64,000 bases of DNA from Octopus vulgaris (lineage: Eukaryota). The stretch is from contig OX597817.1 in NCBI GenBank assembly GCA_951406725.2, positions 158,286,001-158,350,000 of the forward strand, read 5' to 3'. Position 1 is the first letter of the stretch, and each line of letters starts with the position of its first letter. The translations under genes were made by a program, and so were the position numbers. The notes under the pieces were generated by a model, which worked only from the letters and a program-made list of their open reading frames with translations, had not been told where the DNA came from and searched no databases. This document shows positions 1 to 12,731 of this stretch, piece after piece.

Positions 1-226
1 ACCCATGCATACCAGTCTCCCCTCGCCATGGCACTGATATTATCCAGGAGAAAGGCAAAGGCTGATACAGTTTGGCACTAGTGACGTCGCAACTCATTTC
101 TACAGCTGAGTGAACTGGAGCAACGTGAAATAAAGCGTCTTGCTCAAGAACACAACAAACAGCCCAGGCCGGGAATCAAACTCAATACTTCATGATTGAA
201 GTAACCACTGAACCATGTGCCTTCAC
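1..226 (-). mobile_element. tRNA-derived SINE 5' portion
   Basis: Minus strand GAAGGCACATGGTTCAGTGG..GAGTTTGATTCCC..TTCTTGAGCAAGACGCTTTA. Confidence 0.7.
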
Positions 227-1751
227 TCACTCATAGTACTATATAATTAATTAGAAATTAGTTGGTAGCCAAGATCAAAGTGAATTATATAAACAGAAAG
301 CACAAAACTCATAAACCCATATAAAGGAAATATGTGTCTAGTCACTTTCCAGTAACTTTCTGGGACATCTAGATAGTTTTTGACAAAACTTGCTTCTTCA
401 GCCATTGTAGAAACATACAGGTTCTCTAGACATTTTATACACACACAAGATTGTTATAATCAAAGAATTGTAAGATAAAATATTTCTACATCATCATCAT
501 TTAACATGCACCTTCCATGCTGGCATGGGTTGGACAGTTTGACTGAGGACTGGCAAGCTGGGAGGCTGCACCAGGCTCCAATCTGATTTGGCAAGGTTTC
601 TACAGGTGGATATCCTTCCTAACACCAACCACTCTGAAAATATAATGGGTGCATTTTACATGCCACCAGTACAGGTGCCAGTCAGGCAGAATTGGCATCA
701 GCCATGACTACGATTTCACTTGGTTCAACAGGTCTTCACAAGCACAGCGGCATATTGCCCAACGACTGAAGAGTGTTTTTAAACAGGCCAGTTATGCGAC
801 ACTAGCATCGGCTGTGACTACAACTTCACTTGGCTTGCCAGTTCTTCTCAACCACAGCATATCTCCAAAGGTCTTGGTTGCTTGCTAGTCATTGCCTCTG
901 TACTAAAACTTATTTTTGATGAGTGCTACACTGATATGTTTGTGCTTTAAGACATCATTTAATATTCACAGCTGTTACCCTACAGCAAGATGCTAATACT
1001 TCTATGTTATTACAATAGACGTATTTCCCATATAATTTGATACTAGATTTTTAATACCATTGATGAATTGATAACAGCACTATTTTGAAATATCTATTTT
1101 CTCACATATTGCTTGACCTATATAGAAACTATACATCAAACTGTCTCTCTCTGAAGCCATCATCTATCTTGAGAGGTTCTAGTTGCATTAATTGTTATCT
1201 ACAATAATCTACACTAACTCACTTCTTTGTGTACTGATTGACCTACTGAATAAAACAAGCAAATATTCATGACTGAATTTAACCTTAGTTTCTATCAACA
1301 CCTATCAGTACAAATTCATTACCATATTAGCACTTCCCACATTGCAAACACACTGATTATTTTTAAGTCAGTCAATTTTTACTGTTCTAGACTATCTGCA
1401 AATGTCAACATAAAATTGCTAAGCTCACACATACATACCTTTCTACATATCACTCATGTACAGAACATGTCAAGTGGACTTCTCCACTTGTCATATGAAA
1501 GAAGGGGCATTTGTTTAATTCTTTCATGACTATTTTTAACAAGTAGATTGCCTATGAATTTTAAATTTCAATATAATGAGGATTTGGGGTCGGGGAAATT
1601 AGTAAAATATATGGAATTTCATTAGAAAAACTTACAAATTTTGGTGTATTATGGTGGTACTGCAAATGAAATCTCATATCATTTATGCTTTGCGATTTTA
1701 ATTTAAACATGAATATTTACAGAGATATGGTCTCAGACATGTTGGTATTAA

Positions 1752-1880
1752 CCTTTAGCATGCTGTAGGCATATCATGTTACCATATTAGTTTTCTCCCC
1801 TCTCAATGCGACACAATGCACCTACAGCTACAGAAAAGAAAACTTATACAGTGACATGATACACCTAAACGTGCTAAAGG
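1752..1880. mobile_element. piggyBac-like MITE (TTAA TSD)
   Basis: TTAA|CCTTTAGCA .. TGCTAAAGG|TTAA with inner complementary atcatg/catgat. Confidence 0.75.
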
Positions 1881-4800
1881 TTAAATGAGCTAAATGAAAA
1901 ACACAAGGAGCATTTTCTAACTGGAGCCAACTGACAATCTTCTATATTCCATCTTGCAGTCTTTTGTTGAGGCAAAATTTGCCAAATGATGAGTCTTGGT
2001 CCTCCAATGACACTTTATTGCAAACTTGAGTGTCTACCTAAGAATGGGAAACAGGTTAATAGCTTACTTATGTTAGAATGATATACAGGCGTACATTTAG
2101 CGCTCATTTGCCCTAAATTATGTGAAACTAAAGCTAAGTATTAATTAGTTCACGAAAATGACTATCACATCCTTTGTAAAGGAACTTTGTTCAACACAGA
2201 ACCAACAACCAATCTCCTTTCCTGATTGCAGAAACATTAATTTAAATAGTTTCAAATTTTGACAAAAGGCCAGCCATTTTGGGGGGAAGGATATGTTGAT
2301 TACCTCAACCCCAGTGCTCAACTGGTACTTATTTTGCCAATCCTGAAGGGATGAAAAGTGAAGTCAGGTGGTTTGGGGGTTCAGTCCTTCTGCATGGCAC
2401 CTTGGGCAAGTGCCTTCAACTATAGCCCCAGGCCAACCAAATTTTAACTTAGAAGGTAAAGACGGACAAAATTCCATTAAGCATTTTGCTCAGCATGCTA
2501 ATGAATTCTGCTCGCTTGCCACCTTAATAATAATTGCTGTTCTTTCTTGAAAAAATATATATATGGGCACAGGCTAGGTCGTATAGTTGAGAAGCTTGCT
2601 TCCCAAATCAGGTGGTTTGGGGGTTCAGTCCTTCTGCATGGCACCTCGGGCAAGTGCCTTCAACTATAGTCCCAGGCCAACCAAAGCCTTGTGAATGGAT
2701 TTGGTAGATGGAAACTGAAAGAAAGCTGTTGCATATGTGTGCACGTGTCCTGTTTGGTCCCTACTACTGCTTGACAACCAGTGTTTACATCCCTATAACT
2801 TAGGGGTTTGGCAAAGAGGTTGCTAGAATGAGTACCAAGCTTAAAAATAAATACTGGAGTCAATTTGTTTGACTAAACCCTCCAAGACGGTGCTCCAGCA
2901 TGGCCACAGTCCAATGGCTGAAACAAAATAAAAGGTAAACACCCACACACATATAACTAAGGACTAACAATTTTAATCACATTCGCCAGCTCCACTTTAC
3001 CAGTTCAGATTTCCATAAAACCAAAGGACCATAAATGTGTGTGTGTGTGTGTGAGTGAGTGAGAGATAGGTGGGGGAGAAAGAAAGAATGAAACAGAAGG
3101 AAACCAGCGATATCTAAGGAAAGTGTTAAGTCAATAAATAGTAACAGATGTTCTAAAGTAACCATTGAATTAAGATTAAATACTTTTCTATCAAACTCAA
3201 TACTTGCCACATTGGATAATTAAATATTTCCCATTAATAATCCTAATGTTTGTTTGCATGTATTGTTTCAGAGATCTTTTTATTTTAATTGGTAATTATT
3301 ATTCTTTTTAGTGTATAAATAATTAACAAATTCCCTAATTAACATTCTTTTCTTTTCTTTTTAAAGTGAAGTAATGCCAAATTCTTTTTGAAAATTTGAA
3401 AAGAGTCAACTAGAATAAAAAATGTAAATGCTTGTCATCAGAATATGTAAAGAAAAAAATGTTTTATTATCACCAAAACTATCATCTAATTGATAGCAAA
3501 CTTAAATCGTTAGAATCCAAAGAAATTAATGATAGTGGACTGTGCTGGTAAAATCCTAGTTCGATGAATTTAAAAAAAAAAAATAACATTAGAGTGATTT
3601 AAGAGAACTTCAGTGTTTCAAGCAGGGCTCTTTTTCCAGAACAAAAATATTAAAAAAAAAAACTAGTTTAAGTTTCTAAAATTTGATTCTATAGTATATT
3701 CTACAGTCCTCTGTTTTAGGTCATTATTAAATGCCAACAAATGTAAGCCCTCAGCTGTGAATTATTATTGATTTCTGTCTACGTATTGATTTTCAGTCAA
3801 TGTAGAGAATTGGTGAAATCAACTAATGACATTGTTGCGACCTCTCAAAATTTTGTGTTCTGGTAGAAGCTGTTTTAACTTTAGAAGTGACATTAGTTAA
3901 AAGTTTCATGGATGGATATTGATAGATCCCAAATACCCAATATTTAGCAATAAAGCAGAACTAAAAATAATTTCTAACTTCAGCAGAAGGCCACACATTT
4001 GAAGGGACAGGATATTGTAAGTTCTCTCAGGGTTCACTCCATTACATTTCTGTTACTTATTGTATTAGTCCCAGAATGTCTATTAACTCACAAGCAAAGC
4101 TGATCCTGATAAGAATTGAATGTTCATTAAAAAGAGACAATAGTGCAACTCTGGTAACATCTGTTTTCTATGCTGACATGGGTTGGACAGTTTGACAAGA
4201 GCTGGTAAAGTGGTGGTGACACAAACACACACAAGTTCTATTGTTTTGGAATGGTTTCTACAGGTGAATGTCCTTCCTTACGCCAGCAGAGTGTACTGAG
4301 TGCTCTTTGTGACACTAGAACCAGTGCTTTTTATGCAGCAATCCTCTCTAATAATAAAAAGAAATTTCTGACACTGGCACAAAGCTATAAATTTTATCAA
4401 GGAGGTTAGGGGTTATGAGCAGGACTGATCTGAGAGGTTTGACGTCAGAACATGAAGACCTACAACTAAATAGCACACAACATTTTGTCCAGTGCCCTTA
4501 CATTTTGGCCATCCACCATCCTAGTAACAACAGTGGTAAGGGAGTTGACTGAATTGACCTCCAGTTAAATACTAGTACTTTTACTGAAAGATACAAATGA
4601 TTTTAACAAGATTTCACCCCAAAATACAAACAAATTGAACAAAAATAAGACATTTTGTCCAGTCTTGTTTGTATTGGTTTGACCTGGAGGAGGCACTGTG
4701 GCCATGATCAGTGCAGGCCCTCCAATACCAGTAAGATGTCTTACCAGTTCTGCCAATTTGCCACCTAGAACTTGATAAGAATTTCTAAGATTTTATTCAA

Positions 4801-5039
4801 TCCTAGTCAATGGAATTTTAGCTCAAAAGTATTAAAGTTAACTAAATGCTGACAGGCATTTATTCCACTTTATTAAAAATAATGGTGGTGCGGGAGGGAC
4901 GAAGGCAAAAGGAATCTTGGTTGAATTTTCTCAATGTAAATGGATAAAACCAGATACTGCAAGGTGTTTTGTACATATTTCATTCAATACTGTCATCCAC
5001 AATAACAGTGAACTAATCTTAGCCATTCAGTCAATATGG

Positions 5040-5247
5040 GGATCTTTTCGGTTTGACCGGCAGTTTTTTCTAGCGGTGTCATATGAAATTGTCACCCATA
5101 ATTATGACCCTAGTATCGATCTATTGCATTTCAATCTCTTTTAGGGTTAGGGGGAAGGGTATCTTTTTTTCTTCAGAAATGTAAATAAACCCAATCTGTT
5201 TCTTAAACGAGGGACATATTCATACGGCACAGAATGTTTTCACCTCA
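5040..5247. mobile_element. Truncated copy of the 12328-12731 MITE
   Basis: Near-identical to 12328-12535. Confidence 0.8.
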
Positions 5248-8167
5248 GACTAAATTCTAATGTGCAGATTAATATTAAAAATATTCAAATCAGCTGCAAT
5301 GATGCAATCAGCTGATGAAATTCTGTCTAAGAGTTGCATAAACAGGGAGCAGGTTCCCTTTAAAGCAGTTGAAGTGGGTTCAAACCATACTTAAAACCTA
5401 GCAGGGTCTTATCTATTCAACCGTAACTGAAATACAATTAATATTTCATACTTTCTTAAGGTTTACATTTCAATGTTGACAATTATTCAAGAGTATTTTA
5501 AAGATTTATCAATGTTGACACAAGGCGACGAATTAGTTGGACAAATGGTATAGTTGTATGAATCAATCCTCAGTGACTAATTAACAAATCTTTAGGATGA
5601 GTAGCAAACGTTGACTCAGGACAAAGGGACGCTACTAAATACAAACGAATTAACTTCGGCCTTCTGGTATTTCTACTAGTCAACAGTCGCTCTATATGTA
5701 AAGGAAACCATCAATTTAGAAATACAACACTGTGAATTCAGGATTAATTTCCAAACCTTAACACTGAACGATATTTGCTCAATATCAATTTGACACATGA
5801 AACACTTACGAGCCGCTTATTGCTTATCAATATATAGGTTGACTTTCAAAAATAAAATCTATACATTTATGGTTTGGGGGATTATTGATGTCATATATTG
5901 AAACCTTGAGCACTCCCACCTACATTTTACTAACCACGTTGCTAATCCATTAACTACAAACTACCTCACCCCTGGGTAACTGAAAGCAGGACATCAAAGA
6001 AACTGTTGCAAACTGCAGAAACATCGAACCTTTGTTTACAATGAAGACTGAATGAATACCAACAAAAATGATCTTAAACATTAACTCTAGAACTCAATTT
6101 CAATATAAGATAAAAAACTTCGTAGTAAATATTTTAAAAATTAGACAAGCATAACTCTCACTTCTCAAAACTGATGGTGACGAAATTTTAAAACAAACGT
6201 AAATTAAAAGCTAGAATTTCCAAAACCTAATTGATGCTTGGCGAAATAAAAATGTTAACAGTGCACTGGTGTTGAGAATCGAACAGGTTATTCTTGTTTA
6301 ACAGCATATAATTAGAATAGATCCTAATGAACTTGAGTAGGCATACACATCAGAACTATATATATATATAATCTTGGCGTCAGCGAGTTAATAGGGGCAA
6401 TGTGTCTTTAAAACAAAGAATGTGAGAGTGGACAAATTATACATTAACCATTAAATTTCTTTTTAACTATTTTCGCCAATTAAATGTTCTAAGATTATAC
6501 ACACACGCACACGTGTGTGTGTCTAAATACCAAGCTTTTAAAAATTAAGTATGTGTCGATTCGTTCAACTAAAATTCAAAGGTGGTGTCCCAGCTTGTCC
6601 GCTGTCTAAAGACTGAAATAAGTAAAAGATAAATAAATATATGTGAATGTATACATACATACATATAAATATGCCCACACACACTTAATAAAATCAAGAT
6701 CATATGTATAGATATATAGATGTGTGTTTGTTCGCAAATAAGAGTCAGTCAATAGCAACATGAAGCAGGGGTTAATGTAACTTATGTATCGTCCATCTGT
6801 GTATCTGTATTATCGATTCCTCACATATATATATAATTAAGATTTACAAAGGAAAAAGGAATAGGAAATTGTGAAGTTCGTGTATTTCCTGCAAGAACTC
6901 GACTCTCTCCATCATATATCATTGTTGCCACATTTTTATTTTTTAATCGGTAAAAAATTAGAAAAGCAGCGCAAGGGCCCACAGTTTCGTTCATGATGCA
7001 AGTGCCAAGTTCTAAGGCCGCATGGTAAGTTACATCGGAAAGCAAACTAGATATTCATCTGTGTAGTTAAAATATTTCAAATCAGATCTTTGATTCTTAA
7101 AAGACCGAAATTTCAAATGTTAATTTGGTATAATAAAAAATATATTTCAGAAATCCTGAACCATTCAGCCGACGATAAATAAATAAAAGCGAAAACACAA
7201 GACAGTCATATCAAAAGCTAGACAAAATTTTCATTAGACTGTCTGTTTTATTAAATGAAACCGATTGTCCTTCTTTATTAAAACGTATGTATCTATTTGC
7301 AAAATGTATATTATGTAAGTGCAATCTATTAAGGTCTTGTGTTAATTATTTCCGAAAGTCGTAATTAAGCGAATATGTATGTGAATATAATGAAATGAAA
7401 GAAACTTGAAAATTTTTACTGACACCCGCCGCCACACCAGAGACGGACTTAGGGAATAGCTATCACTACCCTCATGGAGATAATGAAATGGCAAGAAATT
7501 AGGTGGTTGTTTGTTTCTGCCGGAATTTTTGTCCCTAAAAATTAGTATTTTTTTTTTTTTGTTTTACATTCTTGTCCCCACAAAATTTTTTTGTGTCTTT
7601 TTGCGGTAAATTTGTGACGATTGCACCAAGTTTCGTGAGATGGGTGTAACAATTACTATTACACCTGTCTTGTGTGGCGGGTGTAATAATACTAATACAA
7701 TTACTTCAAATTTTTTGCCACAAGGGCAGCTTGGTGGAGGTGAGGATGAGTCGATTAGATCGACCCCCAGTGTTTAACTGGTACTTATTTTATCGACTTC
7801 GTAATGACGAAAGGCTAAGTCGACCACGACGGATTTCGAATTCAGAACGTAGCGACGGGAGAAATAATACTGATATAATAATAATAGTAAAGCATACCGA
7901 AAACGGTGCTTAATATATAAACGAATTGAAGATTCGCTGACTCGACTTAGAAGAAAACGAAGAAATATAAAATTAAAAATTATAAGGGAGGTGGGGAAAA
8001 GCAGATTGAATTTATTCAACAGTTGACAAATCAAATTATGTCAAGCAAATTGCAAATATACGCTTTGGATTTTTCAAATTGTATTATCTATCTTACAAGA
8101 ATAAAACTAGAGTTTCTAATAGTATTACTAAAAAGTAAATTTGAAGATAATACACATTATTTGCTTT

Positions 8168-8555
8168 GACAAAACTCAAGACTTAACCCAAAGTAAATGA
8201 TATATAAATGCATACCGTCTACTTAGGTTACATATAAAGATATATATATGGAGAGAGACAGAGGGAGATTTGCATCGATATATGTAATTTTTAAAGCTGG
8301 TGAAAGGTCCAAGAATACCATGGCAATGTTAAATAAACAGCCTGAAATATTTTTGTTAGACTTTTTGACAGAAACTCAGACTAACCAAAGTAGATGATAT
8401 ATAAATGCATACCGTATACTTAGGTTATATATAATATATATATGGAGGGAGATTTGCATCGATGGATGTAGTTTTTAAAGCTGATGAAAGGTCCAAGAAT
8501 ACCATGGCAATGTTAAATAAACAGCCTGAAATATTTTTGTTAGACTTTTTGGACA
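8168..8555. repeat. About 195-bp tandem duplication in ARF intron 1
   Basis: 8168-8366 and 8367-8555 are near-identical. Confidence 0.9.
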
Positions 8556-8783
8556 GAATATCCTGCTTAATCGCTCCATTTCACCAACTGTTCCTACGAC
8601 AGCTGCTAAATACCGCCATGTTGGACAGCGGAGAGCCGAGTTTTCTGTTATTTTAGGTTAAAAACATCACAAAGGAAGAGGAAAAAAATCGGTGTTTAGC
8701 ACCATACATACTCAAACTTCACCGTTAAACTATATAACAACAAGGATATACAGAAATATAATGTGATTTTCTCGAAGACTTAC

Positions 8784-8850
8784 CCATAAGAATTCTCATT
8801 TGGCTTTTACCAAACATACGTTGGAAAAGGCTTGAGATGGTTAGGCCCAT
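8784..8850 (-). CDS. ARF4: ADP-ribosylation factor, class II (ARF4/ARF5-like), first coding exon
   Basis: Translates MGLTISSLFQRMFGKSQMRILM+G, then GTAAGT donor; near-identical to the ARF4/5 N-terminus (MGLTISSLFSRLFGKKQMRILMV) with Gly2 myristoylation site; 67-nt phase-1 exon. Exon 2 (GLDAAGKTT) not found in 1-8783. ARF4 versus ARF5 cannot be resolved in an invertebrate. Confidence 0.92.
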
Positions 8851-9187
8851 AATTTCTTATTCAGTTTTGCTCTTTTTTCTTAAGTAAATATTCCTCAACT
8901 TTGAATGTAAAAGTACACTGAGTATTAGTCGCTACAAGTATTATCAATCACTTCCTTTTTTTTTTTTTAATTAAGAACTGTTCCAGATGATAGCGAAATG
9001 AAAGAAAACAATATATCAGTCGCTAGACTGCAATAGAAATATAAACAGAAACGATCTTAGGTGTGCAGCAGCAGCAAAGGAAACCGAGAAGCTTTTGGTT
9101 ACTTCCCTACGTATTCAATACTTTGTTTTTATATTTCAAAAAGGTGTGAAAGCATACATATATATATATGTATATATATATATCTAC

Positions 9188-9352
9188 CAGGAAGTGACAC
9201 GTTTATAGCCAGGGTTACCTTTGCCAACACAGTCAATGAGTAAGGAAAAATGTGTGTTGTATTTTAGTTTTATGAACGACGTGAAACAGAGTTGCTGGTA
9301 ATTGCCACGTCAGTTCTGCCAACCACACATCAGTTGAGCTGATATGACGTCA
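9188..9352. promoter_or_regulatory. Putative ARF4/5 promoter with ETS-like, UPRE/CREB3-type and CRE sites
   Basis: CAGGAAGTG at 9189-9197, TGCCACGTCA (=TGACGTGGCA) at 9303-9312 and palindromic TGACGTCA at 9345-9352, 340-500 bp upstream of the ATG in non-repeat sequence. Confidence 0.5.
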
Positions 9353-9541
9353 CAGAGAGGGAAAGGAAGGAGAGAGAGAGAGAGACATAGTGAGTGAGTA
9401 AGTGAGAGTGGCTGGCCCTGTGGTACCCCATAATAGGTGGATTAGCCACCAGGATATGGAGAGAGCTGGCAAGTGTTTCTTGGTGGCTATTGTATATGAT
9501 TGTTGTCTTTATAAATTATACTGCCAGTGGGTATATATATA

Positions 9542-9668
9542 TTTATTATTAAGCGGCAGAAGTTACTGAATGACTCAAGGGCTGACAGTTTTGGACACTT
9601 ATCAAACGTCAATATACAAAACTCTCGGCCATTGAGTCACTCTGTAACTATCATCGATTAATAATAAA
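9542..9668. repeat. Short imperfect hairpin element
   Basis: tttattattaa..gttac..tgactcaa pairs with ttgagtca..gtaac..ttaataataaa; TA-rich flank. Confidence 0.7.
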
Positions 9669-9672
9669 AGAT

Positions 9673-10039
9673 ATACTCTTTTACTTGTTTCAGTCATTTG
9701 ACTGCGGCCATGCTGGAGCACCGCCTTTAGCCGGGACTTATTCTTTTGTAAGCCCAGTACTTATTCTATCGGTCTCTTTTGCCGAACCGCTAAGTGACGG
9801 GGACGTAAACACACCAGCATCGGTTGTCAAACAATGCTAGGAGGACAAACACAGACACACAAACATATACACACACATACATATATATATATATCCACGA
9901 CAGTCTTCTTTCAGTTTTCTGTCTACCAAATCCACTTACAAGGCATTGGTCGGCCCGGGGCTATAGCAGAAGACACTTGCCCAAGATGTCACGCAGTGGG
10001 ATTGAACCCAGAACCATGTGGTTGGTAAACAAGCTACTT
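9673..10039 (-). mobile_element. tRNA-derived SINE family A
   Basis: Head GTGGCTGTG..GGTTCAATCCC, internal TA/TG tract, tail GACTGAAACAAGTAAAAGAG. Confidence 0.9.
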
Positions 10040-10057
10040 ATCACACAGCCACTACTG

Positions 10058-10112
<55 letters not shown>

Positions 10113-10514
10113 ATTAATAAGGGTGAGAGAATTAGATACTAATTTAATAGTATATCTATTCAACACCAAGTGGCCTAGTGCTCCGAGAAACCTGGATTAT
10201 TATAATATTTTATAATATATTATAATATTTTTACAAAATAAATATAAGAGAGTGGTCACTATATGGCTCACTCTAGCACTAGTTAGTCCAAAAGGTTTCG
10301 ACCACAAAAATACATGTTTCCCATGAAAGTCAGTACGATTGTTAGCTCACACGGACAGGGCAAATAAAAAATAACAAATTTTTGTTATTTTTTATTTGCC
10401 CTGTCCGTGTGAGCTAACAATCGTACTGACTTTCATGGGAAACATATATTTTTGTGGTCGAAACCTTTTGGACTAACTAGTGCTAGAGTGAGCCATATAG
10501 TGACCACTCTCTTA

Positions 10515-10523
<9 letters not shown>
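10113..10523. mobile_element. Asymmetric foldback element with a 288-bp near-perfect palindrome, inserted in (TA)n
   Basis: 10236-10378 pairs with 10381-10523 (one mismatch seen); (TA)n on both flanks. Confidence 0.9.
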
Positions 10524-10557
<34 letters not shown>

Positions 10558-10679
10558 CTTTCTTTCATTTGTGTCAGTCATTTGACTGCGGCCATTCTGG
10601 AGCACCGCCTTTAGTCGAACAAATCGACTCCGGGACATTTTTTTTGTAAATTCTCACAATATATGTATATATATATATA

Positions 10680-10872
10680 GTTGAAATTTAGGATCTAAAA
10701 GATGCAGACAACTGTATGAACAACAAGTAGTTGTATTAGTTTGACACTCGGGAAAGTGAGAAAGTCTTTTACGTTTCAAGTCTACGCTCTTCAACAGAAA
10801 GGAATAAGAGAAAATAAACAGAGAGAGAGAGAAAAAAAAAACTTGTGGATTTAGCGACCAAGCATAGCGACT
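10680..10872 (-). mobile_element. About 190-bp (TA)n-flanked element carrying the hammerhead-like motif
   Basis: Homologous in reverse to 43649-43821 (shared ctttctgtNgaagagcgtagNctNgaaacgtaaaagacttt). Confidence 0.7.
10764..10802 (-). ncRNA. Degenerate second copy of the same hammerhead-like motif (CUGUUGA)
   Basis: Minus strand CCUUU-CUGUUGA-A-GAGC(GUAG)ACUU-GAAA-C-GUA-AAAGAC; stem II has one mismatch and one wobble. Confidence 0.45.
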
Positions 10873-10885
10873 ATATATATATATA

Positions 10886-11286
10886 GGCGCAGGAGTGGCT
10901 GTGTGGTAAGTAGCTTGCTAACCAACCACATGGTTCTGGGTTCAGTCCCACTGCGTGGCAACTTGGGCAAGTGTCTTCTGCTATAGCCCCGGGCCAACCA
11001 ATGCCTTGTGAGTGGATTTGGTAGACGGAAACTGAAAGAAGCCTGTCGTATATATGTATATATATGTATGTGTGTGTGTTTGTTTCCCTAGCATTGCTTG
11101 ACAACCGATGCTCATGTGTTTATGTCCCCGTCACCTAGTGGTTCAGCAAAAAGAGACCGATAGAATAAGTACTGAGCTTACAAAAAGAATAAGTCCCGGG
11201 GTCGAGTTGCTCGACTAAAGGCGGTGCTCCAGCATGGCCGCAGTCAAATGACTGAAACAAGTAAAAGAGTAAAAGAGTAAAGAGTA
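10886..11286 (+). mobile_element. tRNA-derived SINE family A
   Basis: GGCGCAGGAGTGGCTGTGTGG..(GTAAAAGA)n tail. Confidence 0.9.
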
Positions 11287-11341
11287 ATATAGTTGCGTTT
11301 TTAGTTTTATTTTCCCGTTTGTATCACCAAACCTATATATT

Positions 11342-11460
11342 ATATCAAAGTTGATAGTCTTCTCTGAGTTTCACCTTCAGTTCGGCTGTTCCTGATTGGG
11401 AACAGTTGTGAAAAGCCCAGCTACGAGTGAATCTCAGTGAAAACTGTCAACTTTGATATA
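11342..11460. repeat. Short imperfect hairpin element
   Basis: tatcaaagttgatagt..tgagtttcac pairs with gtgaatctca..actgtcaactttgata. Confidence 0.7.
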
Positions 11461-12327
11461 ATGAATATATATCCACTCTAACCTGTGTATTGAGTTCTAT
11501 ACTACCCAACGTATTAAATTCCAACAAAAGTACTCACTCTTCCCTTGGTATCTAGACAGTAGCAAATTTTGTAATGTAGTATGTGATACTTGAAATGCCT
11601 TTATATATATTGATATATAAATATAGAGTTTCACTTTCAAACTAATTTTAAAATACACTGTTGATAGCTACTCTAATATAATACCCTCAAATTTTCGAAA
11701 TTGGTTACATAATAATGTTCCCTTATACTTATAAACATTATTCTATATTCAGTATCATGTGTGAGTGTGCATATGTGTTTGTGTGTGTGACTAGATCAGC
11801 TTCAAGTCAGCCCAGCTCAAACACCTATGACCAAATAACTACATTATCCAAAGTGTACTTCTTTTTCTCCTTTTTTTTTTCAAGATGGTAAAGTATTAAA
11901 ATGTGAATTGAGGGATATTTGAGTGTTATTTCTAACAAGTTAAGTGACATGTAAGTGATTTATTTCTGTATATTTCTGAATCTGAACGGACATGTTAAGA
12001 TTTTCTTTTGATAAAGACTGTGTTGTCTGTATTCCAAGATATTTAACTTTCAATGCTTGTAAATAGATATCCTACTGTGTGGGTGTATAGAGTTAATTAA
12101 AAAAAATGGAGAAAAAGACAAGGAAGAAATTGGATAATGTAGACCTAGTTATACACTATGCTTGTCAAAATGGCAATATGGACAGCTGGAACTCTTTTGG
12201 CCATGTCTAGTGACTCTAGTCTGATCTTTGATTCAATAGCAACCACTAGAATTTGAAGAAGCTTGATAAAATTTGTAAATCAATGTAATTTTTTATGCTA
12301 GAAGAAAAGGTCAATTTTGCAATTTTC

Positions 12328-12731
12328 AGATCTTTGCGGTTTGAACGGCAGTTTTTTTCTAGCGGTGTCATATGAAATTGTCACCCATAATTATGACCCT
12401 AGTATTGATCTATTGCATTTCAATCTGTTTTAGGGGTGGGGGAAGGATATCTTTTTTTCTTCAGAAATGTAAATAAACCCAATCTGTTTCTTAAATGAGG
12501 GACATATACATACAGCACAGAATGTTTTCACCTCAAATAGACGTCATTGATTGGTTGAAATTGCAGAAATTGAAGAAAAAAACAACAAATATCTTACAAA
12601 CTATAGAATTTTCTCAATAACGCCAAGAGAAAAAGATGTTTTATAAACACATTCTACCAGTATACGAAGTTTAAAATTTTTTAGTTACCTAGAAATTGTA
12701 TTAAAAACTGCCGTTCAAACCGAAAAGATCC
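12328..12731. mobile_element. MITE with about 28-bp TIRs and 8-bp TSD (Merlin-like)
   Basis: (G/A)GATCTTT.CGGTTTGAACGGCAGTTTTT .. AAAAACTGCCGTTCAAACCGAAAAGATCC; TSD caattttc/cagttttc. Confidence 0.8.

Noticed and set aside
247-444. ORF with MAEEASFVKNYLDVPESYWK
   Set aside because: No recognisable homology, weak donor, and it does not match the expected ARF exon 2.
5140-5160. Telomeric TTAGGG seeds (also 53484-53514)
   Set aside because: Only 1-2 units, internal to MITEs.
7610-7640. KLGAIVT on the minus strand resembling ARF KLGEIVT
   Set aside because: Flanks do not encode GLDAAGKTT or TIPTIG and there are no suitable splice sites.
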